NCBI GenBank assembly: GCA_028534125.1
Contig: CM052819.1
Span: 53,816,001-53,880,000 of the forward strand
Direction: 5' to 3'
Source of the DNA: Lama glama
Lineage: Eukaryota
Length of the DNA stretch: 64,000 nucleotides
The notes under the pieces are model-generated. The model had not been told where the DNA came from. It saw only the letters and a program-made list of their open reading frames with translations, and ran no database searches. Shown here one piece after another: positions 37,251-50,170 of the stretch. A program made the position numbers and the translations under genes. Numbering within the stretch: the stretch's first letter is position 1; each line of letters starts with the position of its first letter.

Positions 37251-37828
37251 TCCTCTCCCTCTCCCTCTCCCTCCCCCTGCTCCACCCACTTTTATTCAAT
37301 GGGTAGAAAATGAAGCTTTGGGGAAGCCGAAAAGCAAGACAAAGGCATCAGAGATCTACACCCAGAATAAAGGGAATTAGGAGAGCTGCGGTCAGGAGGG
37401 GCTGCCCCACCGGGTCTCACCAGAGGACAGGTTTGAAGGGGTCAGACGTGGGGTACCTTCCTTCAGCACAAGCCCAGGGGCCTCGGCGTACCCCAAGTGA
37501 CCTCGGTTGAACACTCAGCTCCCACACTTTTTAACGGCGTGAGCTTGTGCAGATCAACTTCAGCCCTCTGCATCATCAGTTTTCTCCCAGCTTCAATGAG
37601 GCTCACATTACACAGGAGAAATGAATCACAGACGAGTCCAGACTTTAAGCACCACATGCAAAGAGACCCAGTTTCCCTTTCTCATAGCTCTACCCGAGCC
37701 CCTGGCCCTGCACTTGCCACATTTCCTTAAGTCTGGATCATAGTTTCTTGGGTATTTCTCTTGCCCATAATAACCTTCTGCCTACTTGATAGCTAAATGG
37801 AGGAACTGATTAAAGGAGAAAAAGCTCC

Positions 37829-37945
37829 GGGGCAGGGGGACATAGCTCAGTGTATTCAGTGGTAGAGTGCATGTTTAGCATGCACGAGGTCCTGGGTTCA
37901 ATCCTCAACATCTCCACTTGAAAAAAAAAAGAAGAAGAAGAAACT
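37829..37945 (+). mobile_element. Vic-1-like SINE
   Basis: tagctcagtg(tattcagtg)gtagagtgcatgtttagcatgcacgaggtcctgggttcaatcc followed by an A/GAA tail. Confidence 0.85.
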
Positions 37946-39989
37946 TAATGATCACATCATTATCATCATCATCACCACCGTAAAACATAAGGAAAAAAAA
38001 TTAGGCAAAAATAAAACAAATTTAAAAATCATACATTCCAGCGGGCAAACGAGGAAAAGAGCTTGCATTTCATTACAGCTTCCATGACTGCACACCGTTT
38101 ACAATGGAAGAAAGATAAAGAGAAGAAAAAAAAAAAGAAACATGAGGAAATAGATTAAGTAACCTAACTGATATCCTAAATGTGTAATCAGAAAGAACAG
38201 GCCTTGGACCATAAATGGAAAGACCTGCTCAGAGAGAGCCGACCGAAGGCCCGAACTGAACAGTCCCAGCAATTTGTGGGAGAAGAAATATTCTGAAATG
38301 GCATAACGTAGGAACACAGAACAAAGCGTTTTTATCTGGCTCCCAAACAATTAAATGAACCTGCCAATTCCATGTGGAAGATGCGCTTTAAAGCACTGCA
38401 GCCCAGCCGAGGGAGCATTCAGAGTGAGTCGGAATTCATTAGATGCCAGAGGAGGCGCAGATACAGATTTCTGAACAGGCGTCTCCAACCCAGGCCAGAA
38501 GGAGCCCAAGGCCACCCAGAGCCGGCTGAGGACTCAAAGGGAAACCACCCTTGGATTAACCCATCCAGCCTGCACATCATGCCCTGCTCCTGGGCCCCGT
38601 TCCTCCCGTAGGCTTTGCTAGTCCACAGGCCCACAATCTCTGAGGAATTGCAGGCATGAGGCTAAAGAGGAAAAAGCCCTGGTTGCAGGTCAGGAAGACA
38701 TGGGCTCAATTCTCGGCCTGCCCCTCATGCAGAGAGAGGAGGGAAACCCCGCCCTCTGAGACAGGTTCCTCCCTCACCTGTGCAGTGGGCAAAGGCAGGA
38801 ATGCATCGCATCAGGAAATCGGTTCCTAAATCAATGGGCAAAAACCAAATATGTTAAAAGCAGCCTTCAAAATCCCTACACTCACCCAAATGGCAGGGTC
38901 AACACGTTTTAATGCTTCTACCATGAGAGCACATGGGTCCTGAGGCCAAAGGAGAGAGAACAGACTCATGTCTCCATCAGCTATCTCTTGCCCCTAAGGA
39001 CACTGCCTTCTGGTGGGATTCCAGACACCAAGTACCAACACCATTTAAATCGCTCTCTCTCTTTGCATTTTTTTCCAAGTCATATTACTACACTTCCGTG
39101 ATTCAATGGGCACAAAATGTAACATCGTCTTTTAAGTCCTACCTCAATCACTGGGATGTCTAAAGACCAATAGGGTAAGACAGATGTGAAAGCACTGTGA
39201 AAACGACCAAGTGTCTTATGATAATATTATTCACCAGCCATGCTGCGACCTTCCAGAGGACTTATCAGAAAGTATTTCCAGTATCTAACACAGAGTCTAA
39301 CAGACTTCCCAGGCGCTCTATAAATAATGGAGATCAATGGATAAAGCTATGAATCAGCCAACCCTCAGTTCAGTGTCATCTACTGCAGGTCATGAAGGGG
39401 ACAAGACATGCTCCTGGGCCTGCTGCACAAGTACTCACAATCTATTTGGAGAAGACAATCTCCCAGGACGCACAGCTCTGAAGATGATACATCTGCAGGT
39501 GCTTCTTACAGGGTACAGCCCACAGCATAAGCCGCAGAGCAATTTGTGAGCTGGACTCATTAGCAAGGAATCCTACATGGGACAAGGCCTGAACCAGGAC
39601 TTCATAACACAAAATAGAGGAACTTTGGAGCTGGGAGAGCTCTTTAAGAGTCAGTTATTCAACTCCTTTATTTTAAGGTTGAGAAAACTAAGCCTTTGGA
39701 AGGGACTCTTGGTAACTGGGCTCACACAGCAACGGCAGAACCATCACCAGAGACCAAGGACCCAGAGGGGTCCCTGACTCCTCGCTGAGTAATAACTGCA
39801 CCATACAGAACAGGTCCTGCTTCACCTCACTGGGAACAGCAGTAAAACAAACCTGCTCACCAGTATTCACTCCAAACTCACTTATTAAGCACCAGGAGAC
39901 AAAATGCTGGACGGCACAGCAAGACACACACACGCTCTCCCGTATCTTTCTTTCTCCCTCCTCCTCCCGCTTCCCTCAAAAGTGGTCCC

Positions 39990-40295
39990 TGGCCACAATG
40001 AAGCAGGGAGAGTGCCTGAAGGAGGTCAGAGAAGAAGACAGCACTTCCATCTTCAGATCCCAGCTCAAGTATCACCCTCCCAGTAAGGCCTCTCTCCTCG
40101 ACCACTATTCCATTAAATGACAAACCCACCCTGCTCTACTGCCTGACATCCTACACATATATTTTTACTCTCCCTCTCCTGAGTAGGGTGTAAGGGCCAT
40201 GGGCAGAGGCCTTTGTCTGTTTTCCTCAGTGCCTCATCCACAGTATCAAGCACGGGTTAGGTACTCGATGAAATGTTTATTGAAAACAATGAATA
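39990..40295 (+). mobile_element. L2 LINE 3' end
   Basis: ccatcttcagatcccagctcaagtatcacc...catgggcagaggcctttgtctgttt...aaatgtttattgaa. Confidence 0.65.
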
Positions 40296-41730
40296 AAAAT
40301 AGAAATCAAAGGCTTCATGAAGAAAACATCATTTGACCTCATCCTGAGATGATAGATGGTATTTGGAAAAGACTAAACACAAAACCAGATACTGATATGA
40401 GCAGGAACCAAAGCAGACACCACGGGCAGAGGAAGCGGTGTAAACACAAGTGAGGAGTTCCTTGTCCTAAATGCATGGTGAATAAAGAGAACTAAAGCAG
40501 AGATAATGAACAGTGAAACCCAAACCGTCTGGGAAAGTGTATACACACCATTCTGTATAAGTAGGGCTGGAAGGCTACCACCCAATCTCAGGAAGCCACT
40601 TTGGTAACCCCAGACCCACAGAGCACCTGTCAGAAAGCAATTCAGCTGGGGGGGGGGATGGAGGAGGGGGAAAGAATGGCTCGACGCCAGTGAATGTAGC
40701 TCAGACCTTCCAGCTGTTGTTCACAGCGCCAAGTGCTTCCCTGAGCCAAAACCCCACCTCCCTCTTGACTCTGCCTTGGCCTCAGAGGGCCCAGAAAGGC
40801 CAGCCAGGGTCTCTCCTGCAGTGTTTTCCACCCCTATCCAGATTCATGCCACAAAACTGCAGGTAGAAACTCACGGTGATGTAGAGGACTTTTTCTTTTC
40901 TTTTCTTTTCTTTTAGTTACTTATTTATTTTTTAATGTTGCAAAGACTGATTGGGGAAACAAGTACATTTCAAAAGGAGAAAAGTCATTAGCGTGCATAA
41001 AAAATAAAGGCAGTAGAATATTGATTGTGGCAATTTAGGAAAGCTGGCACCATGCACCTCTCTAGTTCACAGGAAACTGAGAGAAAATATAGTCCACGTT
41101 GCATCATTTTAAGTGCAGAGAACACGGCCTGAGGGCGCAGACCGTGGCTGAGCGTGCAGACAGCCTCTATGCTGTGTCTGCCTGCCCGCTCCAGGGCCAG
41201 CACTGCAGGGCCACCCAGCACAAGCGCGGACATTAACAAGGTCTGAGGCAACTAACTTCTTCACTTACGTCCCTGTCTCAGAGGGCAGCCATTTTCACAA
41301 ATCATGTAGACAAATCTGAAATAAATCCAGGGACACTACAGAGGGACTCAATCAATGTTCTGGAGAGGAAGGTTTTAAATACCAATTTTACTTCTGTAGA
41401 CAAAAGCAGACTGCTAAATAGATAAGCTGATGATTTCTGAAGTGCTGCGGTGGTTCAGAGCAAAGTGCCTTGAACTAAAAACCAAAATTTCAACTAAAAA
41501 CCTGAACTTCATTCCTGCTCTGGGGCCGCGTACCCCAAGTGACCTTGGGCAAATCATCGGAATTCTTTGGGCCTCTGCCCCTTCCTAACTGCATCTTAGG
41601 AGAATTAAACGGATACTCTTAGCTCATTTAACTGTGACAACCCTGAGTTGATACTATTATTAACTCCACTTAGCAAAGCAATTTTTCCAAACTCACAAGC
41701 GAAAGGTCCAGCCAGGCCTCGCAGGACCAA

Positions 41731-41990
41731 GTCCTGTACAAAAGGTCCGTAAGACATCTGGTCCACGTCAAAACATCCTGGAAATTTGGTCCTACCCAAA
41801 ATGTCCATGAGCACATTTGTTCCATGCCAAATAGTTTCAGGCAGGACCCAATATCAAGGATCTTTGAGTGTGGATCAAATATCTCCATGTCCATGGACAT
41901 TTTGGACAGGACCAAGTATCAAAAATCTTTTGAAATGGACCAAATGTTTTATTGACCAAATGTCTTACGGACATTTTGGACAGAACCAAA
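41731..41990. repeat. Imperfect palindrome of tandem subrepeats (foldback-like, probably an ancient DNA transposon)
   Basis: 41731-41763 vs reverse complement of 41954-41986 match 29/33; 41786-41809 vs reverse complement of 41892-41915 match 22/24. Confidence 0.85.
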
Positions 41991-43100
41991 CATCTGCTAA
42001 CTGAGCCAGGAGTGCAAATCTGCCTGATTTCCAGTCTCATGTTCTTAATCCAAACCTTATACTGCCCTGGGGTTATCATCTCCAAGCCCCTCCTGGTTCT
42101 GACCATCTAAGGCATTAATTTATTCATCTGTGTAAATTCATTCAAATAGAAGGGCTGGGAGCCTACTTGTATCTTAGTATAGGAGGAGACCTCCCACCTA
42201 ATGGTATGAAAGAGGTGTCCTCCGTCTCAGTAGCAAATCAGAGAAGCAGTAGAAACCCCTTAGAGCTCCCGATCATATCCGGGTTCTGTTCTGATCAGCT
42301 GTCTGGGGACAGACAAGCAGTACAGTGACCTCTAACAAAGAACCATTAGTAATGACAGCCCCTCCTAGTGCCCTCCCCCACTGCAATCTATTATCATCTC
42401 ATATGCAACATGCAATGCCAACTCTGATATGGTTGTGTCTGTAGGCTGGGGCCACAGGCCAAATGCAGCAGAGAAAAGTATAATCATCCTAGGGTCAGGC
42501 CCTGTTCTCAGAGTCAAAACGCTAAATGAGAAGAACAGAGCTTCGCAGCACCACATGCAACCAAGAATAATCCAAGTGTTTCGAGGGTGGGTGTTGGCCA
42601 CTAAGACAGTGTGACTGAAGCTGCAGGAATAGAAGTGGATTCCCGGGAAGTAGATGTGTCTGCTTTGATTTGTGCCCACACCACACCTGGAAAGTCCTCA
42701 TTTCATTTCACCCAATGCACTGACAAACAGGGCGTTCCATCAGTGTGGAGGAAGCTTGGTAAGGAAACTATATCTGGACGAAGACTTGAGGAAACTGGGC
42801 AGATTTAGGGAGGAGAAGCCTTGGAGTCCAGAGGCACCATCTTCAGAACCTGAACGCTCTCCCTCCTCCCCGCAAAGGAGGAAGCTTATTACTCCATATT
42901 GACCCTGACTGCTGAATGACGGGGACAGCAGGGAGGTAGGGCTGGGCCCAATTACAGCTGCCACCCAAATCTAGAAAATGTGCCTCTGGAGGAGGTAACT
43001 CCCCAGTGCTAGAGTCACTGAAGCAGGGGACTGGACAACCACTGGAAGAAGAGGCTGAGAAGTCAAGGAGTCAAGATTTCATGATAAGAGGTCAACGTGC

Positions 43101-43579
43101 TATTGTGGGTTGAACTGTGTCCTGCCCAAAAAAAAAAAAAAAAAAAAAATTCAAGACCTAACTCCCCACCTCCCTTACCTGTGAATGAGACCTTATCTGG
43201 AAACAGGGTCGTTGCAGATGTAATCAAGTTTGGATGGGGTCCTACTGAATTAGGGTGGGCCCCCAATGCAGTAACTGGTGTCCTTTAAAGAAGAGGGACA
43301 TTTGGACACAGATCCACACACAGAGGAGTCAGCCATGTTACAATGGAGGCAGAAACTGAAGTGAAGCAGCTACCGGACACGGAAAGCCAAGGACTGCCAG
43401 CAACCACCAGAAGCTAGGAAGAGGCGAGGAAAGGATTCTTCCTTAGGGCCTTCGGAGAGCACGGCCCTGCCAGCCCTTTGATGTCAGAATTCGAGCCTCC
43501 AGAATTGTGAGGTATAAATTTGTTTTAAGCCACCTAATTTTGGACACTGCATTACCGCAGCACTACAGACCTGACAACA
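43101..43579 (+). mobile_element. ERVL-MaLR solo LTR (MLT1B/C-like)
   Basis: tgtgggttgaactgtgtcc...gtgaatgagaccttatctggaaacagggtcgttgcagatgtaatcaagtt...ccaccagaagctaggaagaggc...ttttaagccacc. Confidence 0.9.
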
Positions 43580-43729
43580 AGTAGCAAGCCCTGGCCCTGG
43601 TGACATTCTAGCTACGTCTTAGGAACTGAGAGTTGTTTTCCAAGTGGGAATTTTGATGGGGTAATAACATTAATTTTTGAATCAGAAGGACTGTCAGGAA
43701 ATTAGTTTTTTTGTTTGTTTTACTTTTTA

Positions 43730-44070
43730 ACTCATTCACTGAGTGCTCAGTACGTGACAAAAAGTCTGCTAAGCCCCGAGGCTACAAGGATGAAGGAGAC
43801 GTGATTCCTGCCCTCAAAGAGCTCACCATCCACTTTCCACCAGAACGTGACAGATGTCTTTACACCAGTGAGAGGTGCTGTAACAGAGGCATTTACCAGC
43901 GCAAAGGTTAAGGAAAAGAGTAGAATGGTTGGTCATCTGTGACAGTGGGGGGCAGGGAAGACCTTTTACAAAGGTTACATCTGCACTAGATCTTTAAAAA
44001 GTAGGTGTTCTCCTGGTGAACCAAATAAGGAAGTGCTTTCTAGACATGACAGCCCAGTTCAAAGGCCTTG
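43730..44070 (-). mobile_element. L2 LINE 3' end
   Basis: attcactgagtgctc...cctgccctcaaagagctcacc. Confidence 0.55.
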
Positions 44071-46069
44071 GACCAACATCTCCAGATATGGGTAGATCAG
44101 GGTATAAGAAGGGACCAAAAATAAAACTCCAGAGCTATGAGGAAGCATCTCCTCCTGTACAGGAACTAGTTCAGGAAACCCCACAAGTGCTGGGACAATT
44201 CTGACTCCAATTTTTAAGAGCCCTAGTCAATTACTCCCCTCACACCCAGGGCACTACATCATTCTCACTGCTCCATTTCAGAGTAACTAGAGTGCTATAC
44301 CCCCTCCCCCACGCTGGTGACATACCCACCTTGCCGTTTTAACAGGGGTATCAAAACTTAAAATACGCATGGACGAAAAGCCAAGACAGAAGATACATCA
44401 GATGGCTTCCCTCATCCCAGCAGATTTTCAAGCCATTCATGTCTCCTCATTCTGGCATATGGAGACGGGAGAGGCAGAAATGAAGTGAAACTAACAGCTG
44501 CTTCCCAACAGTGGAGGAGCATGAGAGGATGTCTGTGTCACATATGACGGCTTTGAGCGTTCTCAGAACATAATTACATAACCTCTGGTGTAGAGAGCCT
44601 CCCCCTTCCAGAGCGCTCTCATGTGTCACTGGGGTTCAATCTTCTAACAACCGTGGCAGCCAACGAGCGTCCGTGAAGTTCGGAGGCAACCCAGGGGTTA
44701 GGTGAACTGCAAGTTAGAGGCTAACCCAAGGTTCAAGCTCAGCCTCTTGACCTCAGGGTGCTCTTGCCTTCATAGCTTTGTGTATTTGTCTTTTGAAGCA
44801 TAGAAGAGGCCTTCTGGGATGCTGTGCTGGGAAAACGGTTTGGTGGGCATAAATGGAAACGACTCACATTATACGAAGAGTCTACCGGAAGGGCTTAAAA
44901 AGAGCAATGCCTGCTTTCCTTCATCTTACATGTAAGAGATGTTTCATGCATGTGATCATATAACCCCATCTCCACGTTCGGATTGTGGGAGTCTTAAGAA
45001 ATGGGTTGAGGGTTAAGTAGGAAATTGAAGATGGGGGGTGCATGTAGCTGTGCTGAGCTTAGGGAGCAGACCTGGTCCCTCCAAACTCTCCTCCTGACCC
45101 CCCACCCCCACCATTCTCCTACATTCAGTATATGACTTCTGTGTCCAATATATGACTTTACCTGCCTCCTTTAAGAAGCAAGGGCCAAGAAGTTGCTGAT
45201 ACCAAGCGTGATGATGAAATCAACTCCTGAGAAACTGAGAACAGAGCCACTGACCTTTTGCCCACAGATTTTTCTTTAAATATTACTATATTAAGCTACT
45301 TGTTCATCTCCAGGGCTCAGAACTCCTCCCAAATGCTCAGGTTAAGAAAGCAAGGGCAAACTTTAAATACAGACAAAAGCTACAACATACGAACATAAGC
45401 CAGAATCACATTCTTCCTGAAAGAACTGAAAACGTGCCTGGCGTTATTTCTTTACAAGGATTAAAAAACAAAAAAAGAACATCAATTAGATCGCATCTTC
45501 TGGCTATAAGATGTCTCTCTGATTAAGAACAGAATTAATACGAGGAAATAAATGAAGCTTACATTTAATTAATCCCCTTATTCTATCCCCTGGCCCAAAA
45601 TGTGTGTTTTAGGGATTTATTTTTGCCTGATTTATAACGTTAAAGACACAATGCATCTCAGCATGCATGTGTGTGCACACACACACACAGACGCACATAT
45701 GATTCTGAGCTGTAATTTATTCTTTCCCAGGTGACCCAGGTTGTAAATGATTTCGAAACTAACTTAATTGTCTTGCATTTCCATGAAGGCAGCACCTGCT
45801 TTTGAGGCATTTGGGTGATCACATGAAACATAAGGCTATAAAAAACAATCTGTCCTCACACCAGGTATAAGATAACTCAGAAGGAGAGAAGAAAGTTCCC
45901 ATCTTTAGAAGAAGTGAGTCCACTGGTTTCCTGAGAAATTGCTGAAATACTAAGCACAACACGTTTTCTGTCCATCTCTCTCCTCCGGCCTCACGTTCCC
46001 TAAAACAGAGGAAAGGATGTAAATTCCTCCCGGATGAGACGGGGGAACCTAGAGGGACTGGAGAAACCC

Positions 46070-46450
46070 ATTTCCCGTCCCTCTCACGGCCTGGCGCGAG
46101 CGCATGCGCACAGATGGCGAAAGCCAGGGGTTGGAGGGAGACAATAAACCCGGAAAACGTTGAAATATCGGGTTATGAAATGACTAACTTTCAAACAGGA
46201 ATATGTCAGTGGCTCACTAATTAGTGGGAGGAGCACTGGGGTGCAGGGAGGAGGAGGCAGCTCCGACAAGCGTGGAAGCCTCAGTCCCTTCCGCAGGACC
46301 CCCACGCCCCCTCCAGGGAGGAGAAATGTAACAGGCAAAGGAGCAGCAGCAGCACAACTCAGATCGGCTCGCGGGCTCAGGCGCCTGATCGGGGCGGAGG
46401 CCGGAGTCCCAGCCGAGCAGCTCCGCCAAACTGACAAGCAGCGTTATGTC
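46070..46450. promoter_or_regulatory. Small CpG island / probable promoter
   Basis: About 24 CpGs in ~380 bp (hand count); NRF1 GCGCATGCGCA 46100-46110, YY1-like AGATGGCG 46112-46119, ETS CCGGAA 46150-46155, GC box GGGGCGGAG 46391-46399. Confidence 0.6.
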
Positions 46451-46699
46451 AGCACCTCATCTGCAAAGAGGAAGCCCTCTGCTCCAGCTCCCCCAGCTCT
46501 GGGCCTCACAGCTGCAGAGCACACGGAGAGGCAGCAAACGGTGGTTGAGGGCAGACGTTCTGGCTGGAGAGTGTGGACCCAGTCCTGGTTGTTGTTTCTT
46601 TCCATTTTATTTATGAAAAAGAGGGCTCTTGGGTCAATCGCTGCTTCTTTGGCGGCCTCAGGTGTTTTATCTGTGAATGGACGGGGTCCTCTCCCCTGG

Positions 46700-47105
46700 A
46701 ATCTAGGTGCACTCCACAACCACGAGACCTACGGAACCCACGGGAGGGATGCTTTGTGGGTTTTCGGGCCCAGCTCTTGGGAAGCTAGCAGCTGCCACTT
46801 CCCCTCTCTGGGAGCCCTGATCGTCCACGTAAGAAGTCTGACTTACACGGCAGCTGTCATGCTACGATACAGGCCAAGCTCATCATAGAGGAAGACTGGA
46901 GGTAAGGGAGAGATTAGAAGGAGAGAGGGAGAGAAGTGTCTGGCCAGCCCCCAGCTGAGGTACAGAAACCACAGAGCAGTGAGAAGCCATCCCCTCTGTA
47001 CACTGTCTGAGTTCCTGACTCACACAGTCATCACATACAGTAAGCTGTTATTTTACTCTACTAGGTTTTAGGGTAGTCCCTATGCAGCAATCAGTACTTG
47101 AAGCA
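46700..47105 (+). mobile_element. ERVL-MaLR LTR (MLT1H/I-like)
   Basis: ccacgtaagaagtctgact...ggccagcccccagctg...tgagttcctgactcacac...gttattttactctactaggttttagggtag...tatgcagcaat. Confidence 0.65.
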
Positions 47106-48289
47106 GGGACCTATAAAAGCCCTTCTAGCTCAAACAACTCTGATCCTGTGACCTTTATGCATGTTGGTGGCCCTCCACTTCTTACCCATCCTCAGTACGG
47201 CAGCCAAATCCAGAAGTTAAAAGGGCTGGTTTATGTTGGACCTTCACTGTCTCTGTTCATTCTCCTCAGAGCCCAGGAACGTGATTTTCATTTGAGAAAC
47301 CACCCCTTCCCCACTCTCAGTCCACATAAATGGAAGGGATTTACCTCCCACTGCTCCAGGGGTAATCCCAGCCCTCAGCTATGCACACTGGCCTGACCAT
47401 CCCTCTGATCTCAGTGATTGCTTCAGGGCTGGGTAACTGACTTTTTCGGAGCCAATGAGACATAAAGGCTTTTGCCAGGAATGCTGGAGAAGAGGCGGAG
47501 GTTCCTCTCCTGAACTTGAAACAGAGGCAGGTAAGCCAACCCACCCCTGGTCTTGTCAATGTCGCAGGTCAATAAATTCCTATTTTCATAAGCAGGTTTA
47601 TGTTGAGTTTTCTGACATGTTGCTGTTGCTGAAATTCCTAACTGCCAGTTAATGGAGAAAAGGTATCACTGGCCCCTGCTTTCTTCCACTCCTAGCCAAT
47701 CAGGCATCAGCAGCAGGAAAGACATCATCATGTGGGGTGGGCGAAGTCAGGGGAAACACTGGCAACATTTTAAAACACATCAAGCTACCCTGATTTTTTT
47801 TCCCCTCCATTTTCTGGTCTTGAAAGCAAAGAGATCAGACTGAGCTATCGAGAGAAGGATGAATTCTTTCCTTCCTAGGAAAGAACAACCCGAGGAAGAA
47901 CACGCTAGGATTCTGAGTGCAACGCCTCCGTGCTATTCACTAACTACCACACGTAACCATGAAAACTGAAGGTAACCCCCCCCCAGATGGCTATCAGTGG
48001 CTAGCTAAGCAAACCACCAGAGGAAGCACAGTGGGAAATGATAAAGCCAATGGAATGGTTAAGTTTGGGGACGATGCTACTAACTGAAAATGTGTCCATG
48101 AAATAAAACACTAACTGATTAAGTAGGCCACAGGCTAGTTGTAAAATAAATGTACTGTGTTTAGTAATGAAATAACAGGAGGAAGAAGAACGTGTCAGGA
48201 TCGGATGGTGAAGGAGACGGATGCGGTGACCGAAGCAATCCAGACTCTGAAAGCCGGCTCCAGCTGAGGTCTGCTGCTCTAATCCTGTC

Positions 48290-48700
48290 TCCACCAGCAC
48301 CGGAAACAAACCGCAAGCACAACACAGTACGTGGCTGACGCTACCCAGGCTCTAATCACAGAGGGGTTTCCTAGCTGTGGCACAGGAGAGGGAAGGCTGC
48401 CAACTACCCAGATGAGACACTTGACTCTGCAAACCCCACCCCGGCAGCCCTTGACCTCGGCGTGCACTTGGGGTGACGGCCAGTTCCACAGGAAGGAAGA
48501 GGAGCTGGCCCTGCTGCAGTCCAGCCGGCGCAGGCCAAAGCAACCGACCTGCCACCGACAGCGTGAAGAAGGGAAGAGCCCACTGCTCTCTGGGCTGCCA
48601 CCAGCACGGTCTACCAGCTGCTGAACGGAGCAAGGAAAAGAAATCAAACCACAGGAAGCGGGGCGGCTGCAGCACGTGCAGTGTACTCGAGGCCCGCGAA
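48290..48700. promoter_or_regulatory. CpG-rich enhancer-like motif cluster
   Basis: ACCGGAAA plus AACCGCA (48299-48315); AACCACA, CAGGAAG, GGGGCGG and CACGTG within 48647-48678. Confidence 0.4.
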
Positions 48701-49699
48701 GCTGCTCCCAGAGGAAAACAGACTGTACAGCAATAGTGCTTGGATGGATGATGCTTGAGTGGAACAAGGGCCCTGAGATTTGTCAGAATGACTTGCTGAA
48801 GAAAGGCAATAACAATCATCATAAAATAAGTTAAACAGCCAAATACTGATGCTCTTGGCCCAGAACTGCTTAGACACACAGTGGTCCCCAAACCATGCAA
48901 TCTGGGCTGCCCCTCACTCTCGGTGCCCAGAGAGGACTTCCCCAACATGAATCAGGACACCTGCATCTGAACCTCAACTCCATCCCCCAACTGAGTCTCC
49001 CTGGGAAATGACATCTTCTGACTCTGAGCTTCTTATCTGTAAAATGGGTAAATAACCCAGAACACTTACAGCATGGTGGGTACAAGGAGTGGGTGCACTA
49101 GACTAGCTGAGGGGTTTGACCACGCTATCTTTGAATTTCAAAACACAAAATCCACATTGAAACAGGGAGGTCCAAAGATAGCTTCTCATCATATGCCTTA
49201 TTTAGGTTAAAATATTAGTTCCAAACGGGAAATAGTTTCCTTCTGTAACTCTACTGTTCTCCTTCAAATCAGCATGGCCTTGATCCCCAGAGCAAATATC
49301 CAACTTGACTTCTCAACCAGACACTATTCAGTTATCAGGAACATCTCTTAGCTGTAAAATGGGAGTAAAGACCTTTCAGGTTATTATGAGGCCATCAGTG
49401 GAGATTATGCAAGGAAAAATTGCCAATTATAAAGTTTTAGTTCACATGGGAGATGAGCATGTTCATGAAGGCAGGGCTGAGTCAGTCACTTCTATACACA
49501 GTCCACCTTCTGCCCACCCCACCCACGCTGACAGTCCCCTAGCATAAAAAGTTGGAAATATTTGTAGATTGAAGGTATCCAGGTTCTTTGGAAAAGGACT
49601 GATACTAACTTGTTAAAAATTATGGTCATGGAGTTGATGAAACCTACTAAATATAGGTTACTAATGTCAGAAACACCGGGCTACTGTAGAACACACACT

Positions 49700-50170
49700 T
49701 CTTTTTTCACAACAGATCTTTCCCGAGCATGTCCTGCTTGCCAGGCACTGAGCAGGATGCTAGGGATACGGTGGCACCAAGCACAACACAGAATCTGTCC
49801 TCATGAGGAGCATCTTCTATGGAGAAGCGCTGACAAGTACAGGTACAGATGTGGGAACAGAACAGAAAAGTCTAGCCTCACCTATGGGGTCAGGGAAAGA
49901 CCTGAAGAATTAGGAGAGGGAGAGGGCAAAGGAAGCACGTTCCAAGGTTTGGAATCAAGAGGAAGTGAGTCTGGTTAAGGGACCTCAAAGAAACTCAGAG
50001 TGGAGAGAGCAAAGAGGATGGAGGCCCAAGATGAGGTTGGGGGAGTGGGCATAGGGCAGGAGGTCCTTAAAGACACTTTTAATTTAATGACACAGGGAGC
50101 CATAGGAGGTTTCAAGCAGATGAGTGACATGATGGGGGCAAAGCTTTGTGGGGAAAGCAATTAGGTAAAC
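49700..50170 (-). mobile_element. L2 LINE fragment
   Basis: tgccaggcactgagcaggatgctagggatac...gggagccataggaggtttcaagcagatgagtgacatgat. Confidence 0.7.

Noticed and set aside
46241-46888. 215-aa plus-strand ORF
   Set aside because: Non-ATG start, runs through a GC-rich island into an LTR, and overlaps ORFs in other frames, as expected from stop-codon scarcity.
48279-48948. Stack of overlapping ORFs (162 and 198 aa, among others)
   Set aside because: GC-rich DNA open in many frames on both strands; no recognisable protein.
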